Below, one piece after another: positions 30,304 through 40,305 of a stretch of DNA of 64,000 nt. The notes under the pieces were generated by a model. That model did not search any database. It was not told the origin of the DNA and saw only the letters and a list, made by a program, of their open reading frames with translations. Made by a program: the position numbers and the translations under genes. Within the stretch, counting starts at the first letter, position 1; every line of letters begins with the position of its first letter. Origin of the DNA: a virus; the IMG/VR virus record IMGVR_UViG_3300027798_006580, one strand, 5' to 3'.

Positions 30304-31014
30304 ATGAAAATCAGTGATAAAATTACCATTGTAGTACCCTGCAAGAATGAAGAAAACTACATCGCACATTTATTAGTGCATTTGCGCCAGCAATCAATTG
30401 GCAATACTAGAATTATCATTGCAGATTGTAGTACGGACAATACACGAGAAGTTATAGAAATAATGAAAGGCGAATTGAATGTTGAAGTCATCGACGGAGG
30501 CCCTGTGTCTTTGGCCAAGAACAATGGAGCCGCAATGGTCACTACTCCTTATATCTTATTCATCGATGCTGATGTTCGATTCTTCAAGGACTCAGTAATA
30601 CAAGACGCTGTTAATATTATCGAATCAAAGAATTTAGATTTAGTTGGATTGAAAATCAAATGTTATGATCGTGATCCAAGAGCCCATCTTGGATTCATTA
30701 TTTTTAATACTATAAACCATGCCATGAAGTATTTTTCACCTTTTGCAGTTGGAGCTTTCATGCTGACACGCAGAGACAGGTTTCAAGAATATGGCGGCTT
30801 CCCTGAAAACTTTTCAACCAGCGAAGACTACTTCTTGAGCCGCAAGTACAGCCCACGAAAGTTTAGAATTGTCCGACATCATTTTGGACAAGATAGTCGC
30901 AGGTTCAAGAAGATGGGTTATATGGGCATGGCCAAGTATCTTGTAAAAAACTTTGTCAACCGCAACAATAAAGCATACTGGGACAGTTTAGACTCTTCAA
31001 AATATTGGAGTTAA
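30304..31014 (+). CDS. Glycosyltransferase family 2
   Basis: VVPCKNEE, DCSTD, FIDAD, ED. Confidence 0.88.
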   Translation: MKISDKITIVVPCKNEENYIAHLLVHLRQQSIGNTRIIIADCSTDNTREVIEIMKGELNVEVIDGGPVSLAKNNGAAMVTTPYILFIDADVRFFKDSVIQDAVNIIESKNLDLVGLKIKCYDRDPRAHLGFIIFNTINHAMKYFSPFAVGAFMLTRRDRFQEYGGFPENFSTSEDYFLSRKYSPRKFRIVRHHFGQDSRRFKKMGYMGMAKYLVKNFVNRNNKAYWDSLDSSKYWS

Positions 31015-31066
31015 TTGACACAAATTCATTTTGGTAATATAATACTATTTTACGAAAGGAAATAGT

Positions 31067-31261
31067 ATGACTGTTACTGTAGCAAGAATGAACGACAGAG
31101 TTGTCGAAGTTGTCAGAGTCGCAGACACTGTTTCCTTTTCCACCGAGCGTGGCTGGGTCATGGTCTGTTTCGACTTTGAAAAAGCAGAACGCAAGAAAAG
31201 CGAATTCCGTTGGGTACCTGCAAGCACCCGATTTGACTGGGTTCGCACGTTTGCTTTCTAA
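31067..31261 (+). CDS. Small early hypothetical protein
   Basis: Promoter and RBS cassette. Confidence 0.65.
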   Translation: MTVTVARMNDRVVEVVRVADTVSFSTERGWVMVCFDFEKAERKKSEFRWVPASTRFDWVRTFAF

Positions 31262-31331
31262 ACCCAATTAATTGACACAAATTGGGTTTGGCTTTATAAT
31301 ACATACATAGTAAACAAAAAGGAGTTCGAAA

Positions 31332-31622
31332 ATGGGTTTAAGATACGACACATTGGGTGAGATGATTACTTTGAACGAACAAGAAAAACGTGAAGTTCGT
31401 ATGTATGGCGTCACTGAAAAGGGTATGCGTGAAGCAGTTGAAAGTTCAATTACTTTCAAACTTTCTGGACCTATGATGATGGCCGCAGGCATTCTCAGCG
31501 ATGCACAAGAAATGATTAACACAGAGTACGGCGAAGTTGATTATATGCGAGCTGAAGATGCTCGTCAAGCGATTAATCGTGCTAAGTGGATCATGTTTGA
31601 ATACATGGACAAACCACGTTAA
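31332..31622 (+). CDS. Small early hypothetical protein
   Basis: Promoter and RBS cassette. Confidence 0.7.
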   Translation: MGLRYDTLGEMITLNEQEKREVRMYGVTEKGMREAVESSITFKLSGPMMMAAGILSDAQEMINTEYGEVDYMRAEDARQAINRAKWIMFEYMDKPR

Positions 31623-31631
31623 GTAACTGTC

Positions 31632-31868
31632 ATGGGTTTTGTAGTTTATAACAAAGAAAACGGCCGAGGAGAACGGTATTACAAAACCGAATCCGTGGCC
31701 AAGTCACAGGTCACTCGTCATAACAAAGAATTGAATTGGCGCGGCCGACCTGTGCCAGAATGGGCACATTGCTCATACCTTGAATATGAAGGTATTCTAA
31801 TGGGAATGAATGATTCTACTTGGTGTATGTGGAAGTTCTTCCAACAAGGAAAATTTGCCAATAATTGA
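31632..31868 (+). CDS. Hypothetical protein
   Basis: ORF. Confidence 0.6.
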   Translation: MGFVVYNKENGRGERYYKTESVAKSQVTRHNKELNWRGRPVPEWAHCSYLEYEGILMGMNDSTWCMWKFFQQGKFANN

Positions 31869-31924
31869 CTATGAACATCGAAAAATGTTGCAATATGATA
31901 AATATAATGTTAGGAGAAACAAAC

Positions 31925-32149
31925 ATGGCAACATTTAAAGAATGGCAAGCGGCAAATTTGACGGAACAAGAGCAAGAAGAGTGCAATCAATTGGGCGTGG
32001 AATATCAAGATAAATTAATTGCATCAAATGCAAATATTTCGGTAAATCCACCAACATGGTCTACTGATGACGAAAGATGCACATTTTATAATAATGTTAA
32101 TCCAAAATTTAACGAATATTGGACACGATACGCTCTTACTAATAATTAA
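31925..32149 (+). CDS. Small protein with TAAATA box, RBS and own terminator
   Basis: TAAATA..AGGAG..ATG. Confidence 0.65.
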   Translation: MATFKEWQAANLTEQEQEECNQLGVEYQDKLIASNANISVNPPTWSTDDERCTFYNNVNPKFNEYWTRYALTNN

Positions 32150-32165
32150 TATAGAAGTATACATT

Positions 32166-32193
32166 TAAAAACCCGGACTATCCGGGTTTTTTT
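32166..32193 (+). terminator. Rho-independent terminator
   Basis: AAAAACCCGGA-CTA-TCCGGGTTTTTTT. Confidence 0.85.
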
Positions 32194-32270
32194 ACGTCAA
32201 AAATATCAGTTAATTGACTAAAATTAATTTTAGTGCTATAATGTTTGTATTGTAATTACAAGGAGTCAAA

Positions 32271-32489
32271 ATGATTACCAGCACAGAATACAGTATGTTT
32301 ACAGATCAAGGCAATCTTGCCGTTGCGGCCTTGGTCAACTATGCCCGAGTGGCAGGACTTACTTGGCCCGAAACTTGTCGTTGCCTGGAATCCCTGTCTA
32401 GAAATGATGCTTACACAGAAGCCACAGACACAGCGGTACGAGAATGTGTCTATAGTGCTCTTGGATTCAAGTCAAATTTTTATTGGTAA
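32271..32489 (+). CDS. Small early hypothetical protein
   Basis: Promoter and RBS cassette. Confidence 0.7.
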   Translation: MITSTEYSMFTDQGNLAVAALVNYARVAGLTWPETCRCLESLSRNDAYTEATDTAVRECVYSALGFKSNFYW

Positions 32490-32543
32490 ATTGACTGAAA
32501 TTGGTTTTGGTGTTATAATACATTATCGCAACAAGGAGATGGT

Positions 32544-32807
32544 ATGAAAGAAATCAAAATTAAAGTATTCGGAGATCCAGGTCATGCTTGGGCCCGCTTT
32601 CCAAAAGCTCGCTTGGTCAAACTTGGCATCGCTGATAAGATCACTCCCTTCAGTTATCAAAATGGTGTGAATGCCTTTTTGGAAGAAGACTGCGATTTGT
32701 CAACGTTGATGACAACATTAAAGGCAAAAGGCTATACTGTCAAGTTCGACGAAAGTTTTACCAATAAGTCCAGCAAGATTCGTGGCTATTGCAGTTACCA
32801 GGCTTAA
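32544..32807 (+). CDS. Conserved phage hypothetical protein
   Basis: DPGHAW..FLEEDCD. Confidence 0.75.
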   Translation: MKEIKIKVFGDPGHAWARFPKARLVKLGIADKITPFSYQNGVNAFLEEDCDLSTLMTTLKAKGYTVKFDESFTNKSSKIRGYCSYQA

Positions 32808-32861
32808 TTGACACAAATTGGTTTTGGTGTTATAATTAATACTTAGCAACAAGGAGTAGAC

Positions 32862-33029
32862 ATGAAACTTACCACAGCAATTTCAGTTTTAGAAAAAGAT
32901 GCCAAATTTTTGGGTATGAACTTTCTCAGCTATATCAAATTTGTCAGGGATAACCCATTGGCTCAAACTCAAAAAACCATGGACGCTTATCGTGTGTTTA
33001 CCGCAGAGGCCTCTGCTTTCTTTGCTTAA
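32862..33029 (+). CDS. Small early hypothetical protein
   Basis: Promoter and AAGGAG RBS; absent from the ORF track. Confidence 0.65.
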   Translation: MKLTTAISVLEKDAKFLGMNFLSYIKFVRDNPLAQTQKTMDAYRVFTAEASAFFA

Positions 33030-33035
33030 GGATCA

Positions 33036-33845
33036 ATGATGAAAAAACTTTTCATCGCTTTAAGTTTGTTTGCCGGGTCAATTATTCCAGCTCAAGCACA
33101 AACTACCCCAGAAAAATATCCATTACATTTTGTGGATTACTGGTGGAAAGGTTGCAGTGACAATAAACCATTAACCAATATATCTGTACCATTTAAGGTA
33201 AATGGTGACTTTGATAATATTAGTGGAATATACATTGCACCTGTAGGTTTAGCTGAAGTGAATGGTATTAAATTTTACGGCGGCATACAAACAAACACAG
33301 GTGGCTGGAAATCAAAAGAAGAAAGAAAAATTGTTAAGGTAGGCAAAGGTGGAATATTCTCTCGCTGGGCCGTAGACAATAATCCACTGTCATTGGATTA
33401 TGCAGGTGGCGATAGTAATACATTATATGAATCAGCAATGTATGAAGGATCGTTTGTTAGTGTAAGAAAAAAGTTTGAATGGCAACCAGGAGAACATGTT
33501 TATGTGTATAGCCTAGATGTACAACCAGATAATGATGGCAAGTCATCTTGGTTAGTAGCCAGTGTTGAGAATCTTTCTACTAATGAAAGATACGAAATTG
33601 GCAAATTGAAATTTGAAGGTAAAGAATTAAGACTGGGAAAAGATTTAGCTTCCTTTGTTGAAATATATTCAGGTGATAAAAAATCTTTTCCAGATATGCA
33701 AGTATCTTTTGCAACACCTTTTATAAATGGTGTGCAATGTAAAGATCGTCGAGTCCAGGCAAATTATCAAAATGATAACAAGTATGCTCGATCAACTACA
33801 TCAGGTGGTTGGGTTACTGCTACTATAAAATCTAAATGGAATTGA
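33036..33845 (+). CDS. Secreted beta-rich protein
   Basis: Signal peptide; FYGGIQT, GGIFSRW. Confidence 0.65.
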   Translation: MMKKLFIALSLFAGSIIPAQAQTTPEKYPLHFVDYWWKGCSDNKPLTNISVPFKVNGDFDNISGIYIAPVGLAEVNGIKFYGGIQTNTGGWKSKEERKIVKVGKGGIFSRWAVDNNPLSLDYAGGDSNTLYESAMYEGSFVSVRKKFEWQPGEHVYVYSLDVQPDNDGKSSWLVASVENLSTNERYEIGKLKFEGKELRLGKDLASFVEIYSGDKKSFPDMQVSFATPFINGVQCKDRRVQANYQNDNKYARSTTSGGWVTATIKSKWN

Positions 33846-33858
33846 CAAGGAGTTGACA

Positions 33859-34056
33859 ATGGGATATCGTGTTATGAATTCTGTGGACAATATGCGTGAA
33901 AAGTATGGTGCCCGTGCAGGCTTGGAAGGTCCTTTCAACTACGATGGTCGCGTTCTGTACTACGATCCAAAAGAAGGTGCTTACTACGATCCGACCACAG
34001 ACTTCTATGTAGAGAACGATGAGTTGGCCGTCATCATGAAAATGTCTAACGTCTAA
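33859..34056 (+). CDS. Conserved phage hypothetical protein
   Basis: GLEGPF..YYDPKEGAYYDPTTDFY. Confidence 0.75.
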   Translation: MGYRVMNSVDNMREKYGARAGLEGPFNYDGRVLYYDPKEGAYYDPTTDFYVENDELAVIMKMSNV

Positions 34057-34065
34057 GGAGCAGAT

Positions 34066-34314
34066 ATGATTAATGTAATTCAAGAATATAAGGTAGAGTA
34101 CAACAGCCGCTCATACACATTCAAACATGGCGATCCATTTGATCGCGGTATGTCAGACAGCTATTACGGTCGCATCCGCAACCCACATAAAGGTGGAGTT
34201 GGTGGCAATAGTGGTCCACGCATCGAACGCAACGAAATGAGTCTGCAGGAACAACTAGACTATGGTGCCGGATACTCCTACAACGAAGCTGAAGGCGACA
34301 AGAAAGAATATTGA
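34066..34314 (+). CDS. Hypothetical protein, paralog of 36874-37104
   Basis: HGDPFDRGMSDSYYGR..GDKKE. Confidence 0.7.
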   Translation: MINVIQEYKVEYNSRSYTFKHGDPFDRGMSDSYYGRIRNPHKGGVGGNSGPRIERNEMSLQEQLDYGAGYSYNEAEGDKKEY

Positions 34315-34392
34315 CACAAATTGGGTTTGGCTGTCATCATGAAAATGTCTGCCGTTAACTAAATACATTTAAATTGGAGTTAACCTTAATAT

Positions 34393-35049
34393 ATGCAAAT
34401 TGACAATCGACTAAATCAACTAAATTCTATGTACCCGACAGAAGGATACATGTTAGAAAATGAGGAAATGATATTACCTACTTATGCAAAGCATTGTTCT
34501 GTTTACGGTTATAGTTTTGGCAATAATATTTTAAACATCGACGGTAAACAAATTCAACTTGAACAAGGACAATATTTTGGTCTCAGCGTTAAAGAGTCCG
34601 CAACAATAAAAGCAACTACTAAACTTTTTTTGATAATCAGATTAGGTTACATGGTTCTTAATACAATTGGTTGGGTAGAACAACAAGGAAGACTAAGTTA
34701 TATCGACGGGTGCAGTGATAGTTTGTTGGTATATCCTGCACGTCTCGGGGACAGTAGTTTGAATTTTTTATATTTTCCACCTGGTATCAATCAGACTTTT
34801 CACAGACATCCAAGTATTCGTTTGGGTTGTGTCATTCAAGGAAATGGTTATAGCTCACACGGAGAACACAATAGTGAAAGAGAAGATCAGCTTACCACTG
34901 GTGCTAGTTTCTGCTTACATGAACAGGAACGTCATCGATTCAGAACTACTGACAGTACCATGACCGTGATTGCGTTTCATCCTGATGGAGATTGGGGACC
35001 AACTGACCACAATCACACAATGCTGAACCGCACTTATCTAGAAAAATGA
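34393..35049 (+). CDS. Cupin-domain protein
   Basis: QTFHRHPSIRLG..HRF..FHPD. Confidence 0.75.
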   Translation: MQIDNRLNQLNSMYPTEGYMLENEEMILPTYAKHCSVYGYSFGNNILNIDGKQIQLEQGQYFGLSVKESATIKATTKLFLIIRLGYMVLNTIGWVEQQGRLSYIDGCSDSLLVYPARLGDSSLNFLYFPPGINQTFHRHPSIRLGCVIQGNGYSSHGEHNSEREDQLTTGASFCLHEQERHRFRTTDSTMTVIAFHPDGDWGPTDHNHTMLNRTYLEK

Positions 35050-36150
35050 TTAGTTAAAACTATTATTATTATCGTAGTATAGTTCTAAATCTTCTTTGCC
35101 AATAAACTTTAAGTCGCTGGTTATGGCGGAATATGGTTTTTTCTGTATAAACAAATTCATAAGACTACCAATTTTTATTTTATTATCTAGATAATTTTTA
35201 TCTTTGTTATAATCATATATAAATTTTTTAGATTCTAACTTGTAGTCTCTCCAAGAATTACCAATCTTCTTGTCATGATTTAACATGCTCCATTTTTGAA
35301 AAGATGTAGAGTTGAAAAAATGATAATAGTTCGTTTTCAAAAAATCATGATCAATGATTTTTTGTTGCTCATTACCTAGTATAGTTAACATTCTGAAATA
35401 TACATTTTGCCATTTAAAACAAAAATTATACCACCAGAAAAAATGATAATTGGTTGTTACTTCGCAGGGCGCAACCTTTTTAATATGATCATCTAAAAGA
35501 TCATACCAAAAATTTGCATTAGCAATATCCATATGCCTAGACATCCATCCTACTACAAAGTCTCTGCTATAGGGCTGGTGTAATTTATCACTGGTCATGT
35601 AATAATACATTTTTAAAAGTATATCACTACCAAACAATTGATCGTTATGTTCGCCGCCTACTATTATTGTTTCTTTATTAAATAAAGAAGTTAAATACTC
35701 GCTGGAAATTATACTACACTTATGTCTTATATGATTGTAATAAAAATCGGCATTTTCATTTATACTATCCATAGTCAATGCTACAGTAAGTTTATTTTTT
35801 AATTCTTCCGGATTCATTACTCTCATAAATGCAGTCAAGACGGTTGTACTGTCTATTCCACCAGAATATAATAAGACTAATTTTTTGTCTGTTTTCTTTG
35901 CCAAATTCAACAATTCTTCTGCACGTTCTAGGCAACAATCTGAATAAGAATATGAGAAATTCTCCAATTGATGTGGCATTTTAAATGGTTCATATATCTC
36001 AAATCTATATGGCATCTTAACATAGTCAAGCCTATCAACTAAGCTAGTTCCAGATCCAATCATGTCAAATACGTTTAACCACTTAGATACGTCCGGTCTA
36101 TCTAAATTTTTTAATCCCCGAACATTTGCTATATATAATCCGTTTGTCAA
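35050..36150 (-). CDS. PP-loop (asparagine-synthetase-like) protein
   Basis: LLYSGGIDST..GGEHNDQLFG. Confidence 0.75.
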   Translation of the reverse strand: MTNGLYIANVRGLKNLDRPDVSKWLNVFDMIGSGTSLVDRLDYVKMPYRFEIYEPFKMPHQLENFSYSYSDCCLERAEELLNLAKKTDKKLVLLYSGGIDSTTVLTAFMRVMNPEELKNKLTVALTMDSINENADFYYNHIRHKCSIISSEYLTSLFNKETIIVGGEHNDQLFGSDILLKMYYYMTSDKLHQPYSRDFVVGWMSRHMDIANANFWYDLLDDHIKKVAPCEVTTNYHFFWWYNFCFKWQNVYFRMLTILGNEQQKIIDHDFLKTNYYHFFNSTSFQKWSMLNHDKKIGNSWRDYKLESKKFIYDYNKDKNYLDNKIKIGSLMNLFIQKKPYSAITSDLKFIGKEDLELYYDNNNSFN

Positions 36151-36800
36151 TTTAATCCTCTTCTTCTATTTTCAAGTGCTACTTTAAAATTAGCATGTAA
36201 TTCTGTTAGACTACTAGACATGGTAATTTGTCTAGCAAACTTATCGTAGAACGCAAAGTTTTTCATATAAGCTAAACCGATGCCGTCGACCTGCATTTCT
36301 AATTCTCTAACAGCCGCTGCCGGTGTAACTTCTTGTATATTAGACCATTCGATAATTGATTGAGTATATATTTCTTCTTTTATGTTACATTTAGATAATT
36401 CTTTAACTAGAAAAGGTAGTAGTGTTGGCCATCCATAGTAAGTATTGACTCTGGAAACTGAAGTTCTGCACAGCCATTCCCATGATGTTATCAATTTTCT
36501 TTTTTCAAGAGTTAATTTTCTTTTTTCTTTCCATTCTTCATTCGATAATCTATCTTCCATAAGAAATATACTAACGCCTTTTTCTGACAAACTTATTTGA
36601 TAGTTTGATGATAAATCATCAAAATTAATATCTTTGTAGGTATTAAAAAATTCATTATGTCTAGAAATTGATAGCCAGCGAGAATTTAATAATCCCATAC
36701 AGATAATCGATGCAATCTCGTCACTGGGGGAAACACATAGTATGCCCATATTATCATGGTCATAAACAACTATTCTTTGATTATATATTTGTGTGGTCAT
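36147..36800 (-). CDS. Hypothetical protein coupled to the PP-loop gene
   Basis: 217-aa ORF with TAAATA box. Confidence 0.7.
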   Translation of the reverse strand: MTTQIYNQRIVVYDHDNMGILCVSPSDEIASIICMGLLNSRWLSISRHNEFFNTYKDINFDDLSSNYQISLSEKGVSIFLMEDRLSNEEWKEKRKLTLEKRKLITSWEWLCRTSVSRVNTYYGWPTLLPFLVKELSKCNIKEEIYTQSIIEWSNIQEVTPAAAVRELEMQVDGIGLAYMKNFAFYDKFARQITMSSSLTELHANFKVALENRRRGLN

Positions 36801-36873
36801 GTACTATTATTTATTGACACAAATTCATTTTTGTAGTATAATTACACATAGACAGAAATAAACAGGAGAAGAC

Positions 36874-37104
36874 ATGTTACTAGAACAATCACAGTCAGTT
36901 TATTACAACGAACGTCATGGTGGTGCATATGATCGTGGCCAGGCAGACAGTTATTACGGTCGTGAATATAACCCACACTATTTCACTGGCGAGTCTTTCA
37001 GTAGCTCAAAGATTGAATTGACAGATATGTCAGTGCATGAAATCGTAGCATACACCGCAGGCTATCGAGACAACGAAGCCAACGGCAACAAGAAAGAATG
37101 GTAA
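36874..37104 (+). CDS. Hypothetical protein, paralog of 34066-34314
   Basis: HGGAYDRGQADSYYGR..GNKKEW. Confidence 0.7.
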   Translation: MLLEQSQSVYYNERHGGAYDRGQADSYYGREYNPHYFTGESFSSSKIELTDMSVHEIVAYTAGYRDNEANGNKKEW

Positions 37105-37175
37105 ATCCATTTAATTGACACAAATTGATTTTGGTAGTATAATATACACATACAGCAACAAAACAGGAGTCGAAG

Positions 37176-37607
37176 ATGGCATACGTTTCCCAAGAATTGA
37201 AGTCAAAGTTATCACCCACAATCAAAGCTATCTGCAAGAAGCATGGTATTAAAGCGTCTATTGCAGTTCGTCATCACTCTACACTTGTTCTAAACGTCAA
37301 GTCAGGCAAGATTGACTTTATCGAAAACTACATCAAAACTGATGCAGACAAGGTTGTAGCAAATAAAATGTCTCCAGACACTATTGCCCACATTCGCAAA
37401 AACCAAAGCCTGGATGTAAATACTTATTGGGCTCACGAACACTATTCGGGCAAGGCCAAACAGTTTTTAACTGAAATGATTTCAGCTATGAAAGGTCCAG
37501 AGTTCTTCGACCACACAGATGCTCAAACTGACTACTTTCATTGCAGTCATTACATTGACATCAACATTGGCAAGTGGAACAAGCCTTACATCGTTGAAAA
37601 GGTTTAA
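37176..37607 (+). CDS. Conserved phage hypothetical protein
   Basis: D.QTDYF..IGKWNKPY. Confidence 0.75.
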   Translation: MAYVSQELKSKLSPTIKAICKKHGIKASIAVRHHSTLVLNVKSGKIDFIENYIKTDADKVVANKMSPDTIAHIRKNQSLDVNTYWAHEHYSGKAKQFLTEMISAMKGPEFFDHTDAQTDYFHCSHYIDINIGKWNKPYIVEKV

Positions 37608-37667
37608 TTGACACAAATTGATTTTGGCGTTATAATATACACATACAGCAACAAAAAGGACTTGAAA

Positions 37668-38051
37668 ATGACAACATTTACTACTTGGGAAGAAATGACA
37701 GAGTTGGAACAAGCCCAGAGCACATTCTGGGATATGTACAAGGATGCTCATGGTTTCCGTCCACGCCACGTTGATACTTCTACCTGGACACTTGCTCAAT
37801 TCGAGCAAGAGTTCGTTGAGTTGTCGGAAGTGATGAAAGCCAACGATATCCATCAAGGCATCGAAGAAGCCCTTGCCATTGAAAAGTTTGAGCGCCGTGT
37901 TGCTGAATTGATCAGCATTGGTGCCAAAGATTATGAGATGGCCCTGCGTTGGATACACGAAGCTGAAGAGACCAACGGTGACGACAGCTACCTTGCTTGG
38001 ACCTTGGGCTTGCCCTATCGTTACTTTGCTAAACAAACCCAAACAGTTTAA
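37668..38051 (+). CDS. Conserved phage hypothetical protein
   Basis: DMYKDAHGFRPR. Confidence 0.75.
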   Translation: MTTFTTWEEMTELEQAQSTFWDMYKDAHGFRPRHVDTSTWTLAQFEQEFVELSEVMKANDIHQGIEEALAIEKFERRVAELISIGAKDYEMALRWIHEAEETNGDDSYLAWTLGLPYRYFAKQTQTV

Positions 38052-38062
38052 TAGGAGACACT

Positions 38063-38404
38063 ATGTCTAATAAATTACTAGTTCGCTTCCAACGTCAAGT
38101 TGAATCACAGAACGCCACGCTTGCCAAGTTCAAGCTGGCCCTGGACAAAGATCCTGCTCACGCTCTTACTTGGGGCTTGGATGCTTTCCGCAGTGCCGCA
38201 ACTCTTAAAGTTCTGAATCAAATTGTTGGTTCATTGGAAGCAGGCCACGCAGACATAGACAACATCAAATCCACATTGATGGATCGTGTTTTGCATCGTA
38301 GCAAGTACCCTGCACAAAGCTCTAGCCCAACCAGCAACCTCATGGAACAATATGAGTTGTCGGCCTGCGCTGAAATCCTGTCAGATTTGCAGTATATAGA
38401 TTAA
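38063..38404 (+). CDS. Hypothetical protein
   Basis: AGGAG RBS. Confidence 0.7.
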   Translation: MSNKLLVRFQRQVESQNATLAKFKLALDKDPAHALTWGLDAFRSAATLKVLNQIVGSLEAGHADIDNIKSTLMDRVLHRSKYPAQSSSPTSNLMEQYELSACAEILSDLQYID

Positions 38405-38463
38405 TTGACACAAATTGGTTTCGGTAGTATAATATATACATACAGCAACAAAAGGACTTGAAA

Positions 38464-38730
38464 ATGCGTAAACAACAAATCGTCAGTGGAATGAATAACA
38501 GCCAAAAGATCCGTTTTATTGTCAACGGCTTTGGCATGTATTGCAAGGTCTCTGACATTGAAAACTTTGCTACTAGCTCATATCGTGTTGCAGTTATTTC
38601 AGCATTACAGCATCTACAATGCGACCGTGATTTGCACAAGAGCACAGGCAGAAAAGACATGCCAACAGGCTTTGGAACTCGTAGTACATTCCAAGGCGTT
38701 GACATTGATGTTCAGGTAAACTTGGCATGA
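38464..38730 (+). CDS. Small early hypothetical protein
   Basis: Promoter and RBS cassette. Confidence 0.65.
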   Translation: MRKQQIVSGMNNSQKIRFIVNGFGMYCKVSDIENFATSSYRVAVISALQHLQCDRDLHKSTGRKDMPTGFGTRSTFQGVDIDVQVNLA

Positions 38731-38993
38731 TAAAAGAATTATTGAATCCCATTGAAGTCATGCAAGTGCAAATTGATTTAGAAAAGCGTGGCATAAAGAA
38801 TTATAATATGCAAGCAGGCAATGATTGCATTTGGGTTAACTATGGTTTGGTCAACTGCTATTACATTTTTCGAAATGGCGAAATTGCAGATGTCCAAGTT
38901 GATTGATCATGGACACAATACTAATGTTTATCGGAGTGATTGTTTTTATTGCAATCAAGTTTTGGCTTTTAACTAAAATCTAAAGGACTTATA

Positions 38994-39275
38994 ATGTTGA
39001 CAATTCAAGAAATTAATAAAGCAATTATGTTTGGCAAGTTCAGCAACGAGGAACTGATCAGCATCGGTGATGCGCTCAAGTTTAATCGTGCCCAACTGGT
39101 CAAGCAGGTCAAAAGAAGTGTGACCCTTGGCAGTACAGTCAAGTTCACCAGCAACCGCAATGGTATGACTTATGTTGGTACTGTGGAAAAGATTGCCATC
39201 AAGTATGTCACGGTTCGTGATTCATCTGCTCGTGGACTTTGGAGAGTGCCTGCAAGTATGTTGGAGGTTGTTTAA
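38994..39275 (+). CDS. SH3-like small protein
   Basis: GTVEKIAIKYVTV..WRVPASML. Confidence 0.65.
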   Translation: MLTIQEINKAIMFGKFSNEELISIGDALKFNRAQLVKQVKRSVTLGSTVKFTSNRNGMTYVGTVEKIAIKYVTVRDSSARGLWRVPASMLEVV

Positions 39276-39484
39276 TGTCTACTTGGTTTTTAATTATCTT
39301 CCTTTCATTGCCCACAGGTGAAAGTGTGGATAAGGTAGCAGTTCAAATGAAAGGTACTGTGGAGCATAGTTGTGTTAAAGACAAGACTGGTATTTGGCGA
39401 TACCCTAGCCCAATTGAAGGTGTTGATCGTCACAAAATTTTAACAGTATGCGTCAGTGAAAAACATTGGCGTGGTAAAGAGTAA
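39275..39484 (+). CDS. Small hypothetical protein
   Basis: ORF in operon. Confidence 0.5.
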   Translation: MSTWFLIIFLSLPTGESVDKVAVQMKGTVEHSCVKDKTGIWRYPSPIEGVDRHKILTVCVSEKHWRGKE

Positions 39485-39675
39485 TACTTTTAGGAGATAA
39501 AAATGTTAGATAAATTCATTGTTTGGTTTGGTAATAATCGCAAAGCTATTGGTTACAGTATTGGCGGCGTTAATGTGTTAAGCGGAATCAATTTCGCTGT
39601 CCAAGGAAATTATGGCCTAGCATTGTTATGGTTGATCATTGGCGGTGCTATAATTCTTGACTCCTACGAATTCAA

Positions 39676-39909
39676 ATGAATAATAGAATCGAAGACTTGA
39701 TGTATCAGTCCGGACTCACTGCCACTGGCTGTTGGGATGAAATGGATGACTACGCTCACAAGTCCATTGAAAAGTTTGGCAAGTTAACTGTCGAGGATTG
39801 TATCCAAGTATTAATCAATCATGGCTACACTGATGCGGCTCGTGCGTTGACCGAAGCTCATTTTGGCGAAGAACCTGAATGGCAAGTATATAAATTTCCG
39901 GAGATTTGA
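39676..39909 (+). CDS. EKFAELIVREC-family small protein (divergent)
   Basis: MNNRIEDL..EKFGKLTVEDC..HFG. Confidence 0.65.
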   Translation: MNNRIEDLMYQSGLTATGCWDEMDDYAHKSIEKFGKLTVEDCIQVLINHGYTDAARALTEAHFGEEPEWQVYKFPEI

Positions 39910-39911
39910 TA

Positions 39912-40232
39912 ATGGGATTTTTTAGTTGGAAGTGTGCCAAATCTGAAAAACCAGTGATGGCAGAAGTTGCAGTACAAGGAACTCCTTGGAGTTTTGCCAG
40001 CGATGTTATTGTACTGTTTAAAAATGGCGATCGTATCAGCGGCACCTATGATGGTTATGGTCGAGTCGATGGTTTCGAACTAATTGATCGCCCAGAAGAA
40101 TCTTGGCGCATGGTCATAGAACGTTATTACAACGGAGAAGCATTCAAAGAATTGTCACAGAATAAATATGATCAAGGACAGGGATTCTTTTATAGTGACG
40201 AAGATTTAGAAAAAGAATTTAGTATTTCATAA
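39912..40232 (+). CDS. Conserved phage hypothetical protein
   Basis: MGFFSW..YDGYG..QGFF. Confidence 0.7.
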   Translation: MGFFSWKCAKSEKPVMAEVAVQGTPWSFASDVIVLFKNGDRISGTYDGYGRVDGFELIDRPEESWRMVIERYYNGEAFKELSQNKYDQGQGFFYSDEDLEKEFSIS

Positions 40233-40305
40233 ATGAAGTTTATCAATGATTTGACATATAAAAGATTTTAGTGTATAATTAATTTTTAAAACAAAAAGGA
40301 AGTTT

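Noticed and set aside
31015-38433. Repeats resembling a CRISPR array or integron attC sites
   Set aside because: The repeats are promoters separated by whole genes; no cas or integrase gene and no attC palindrome
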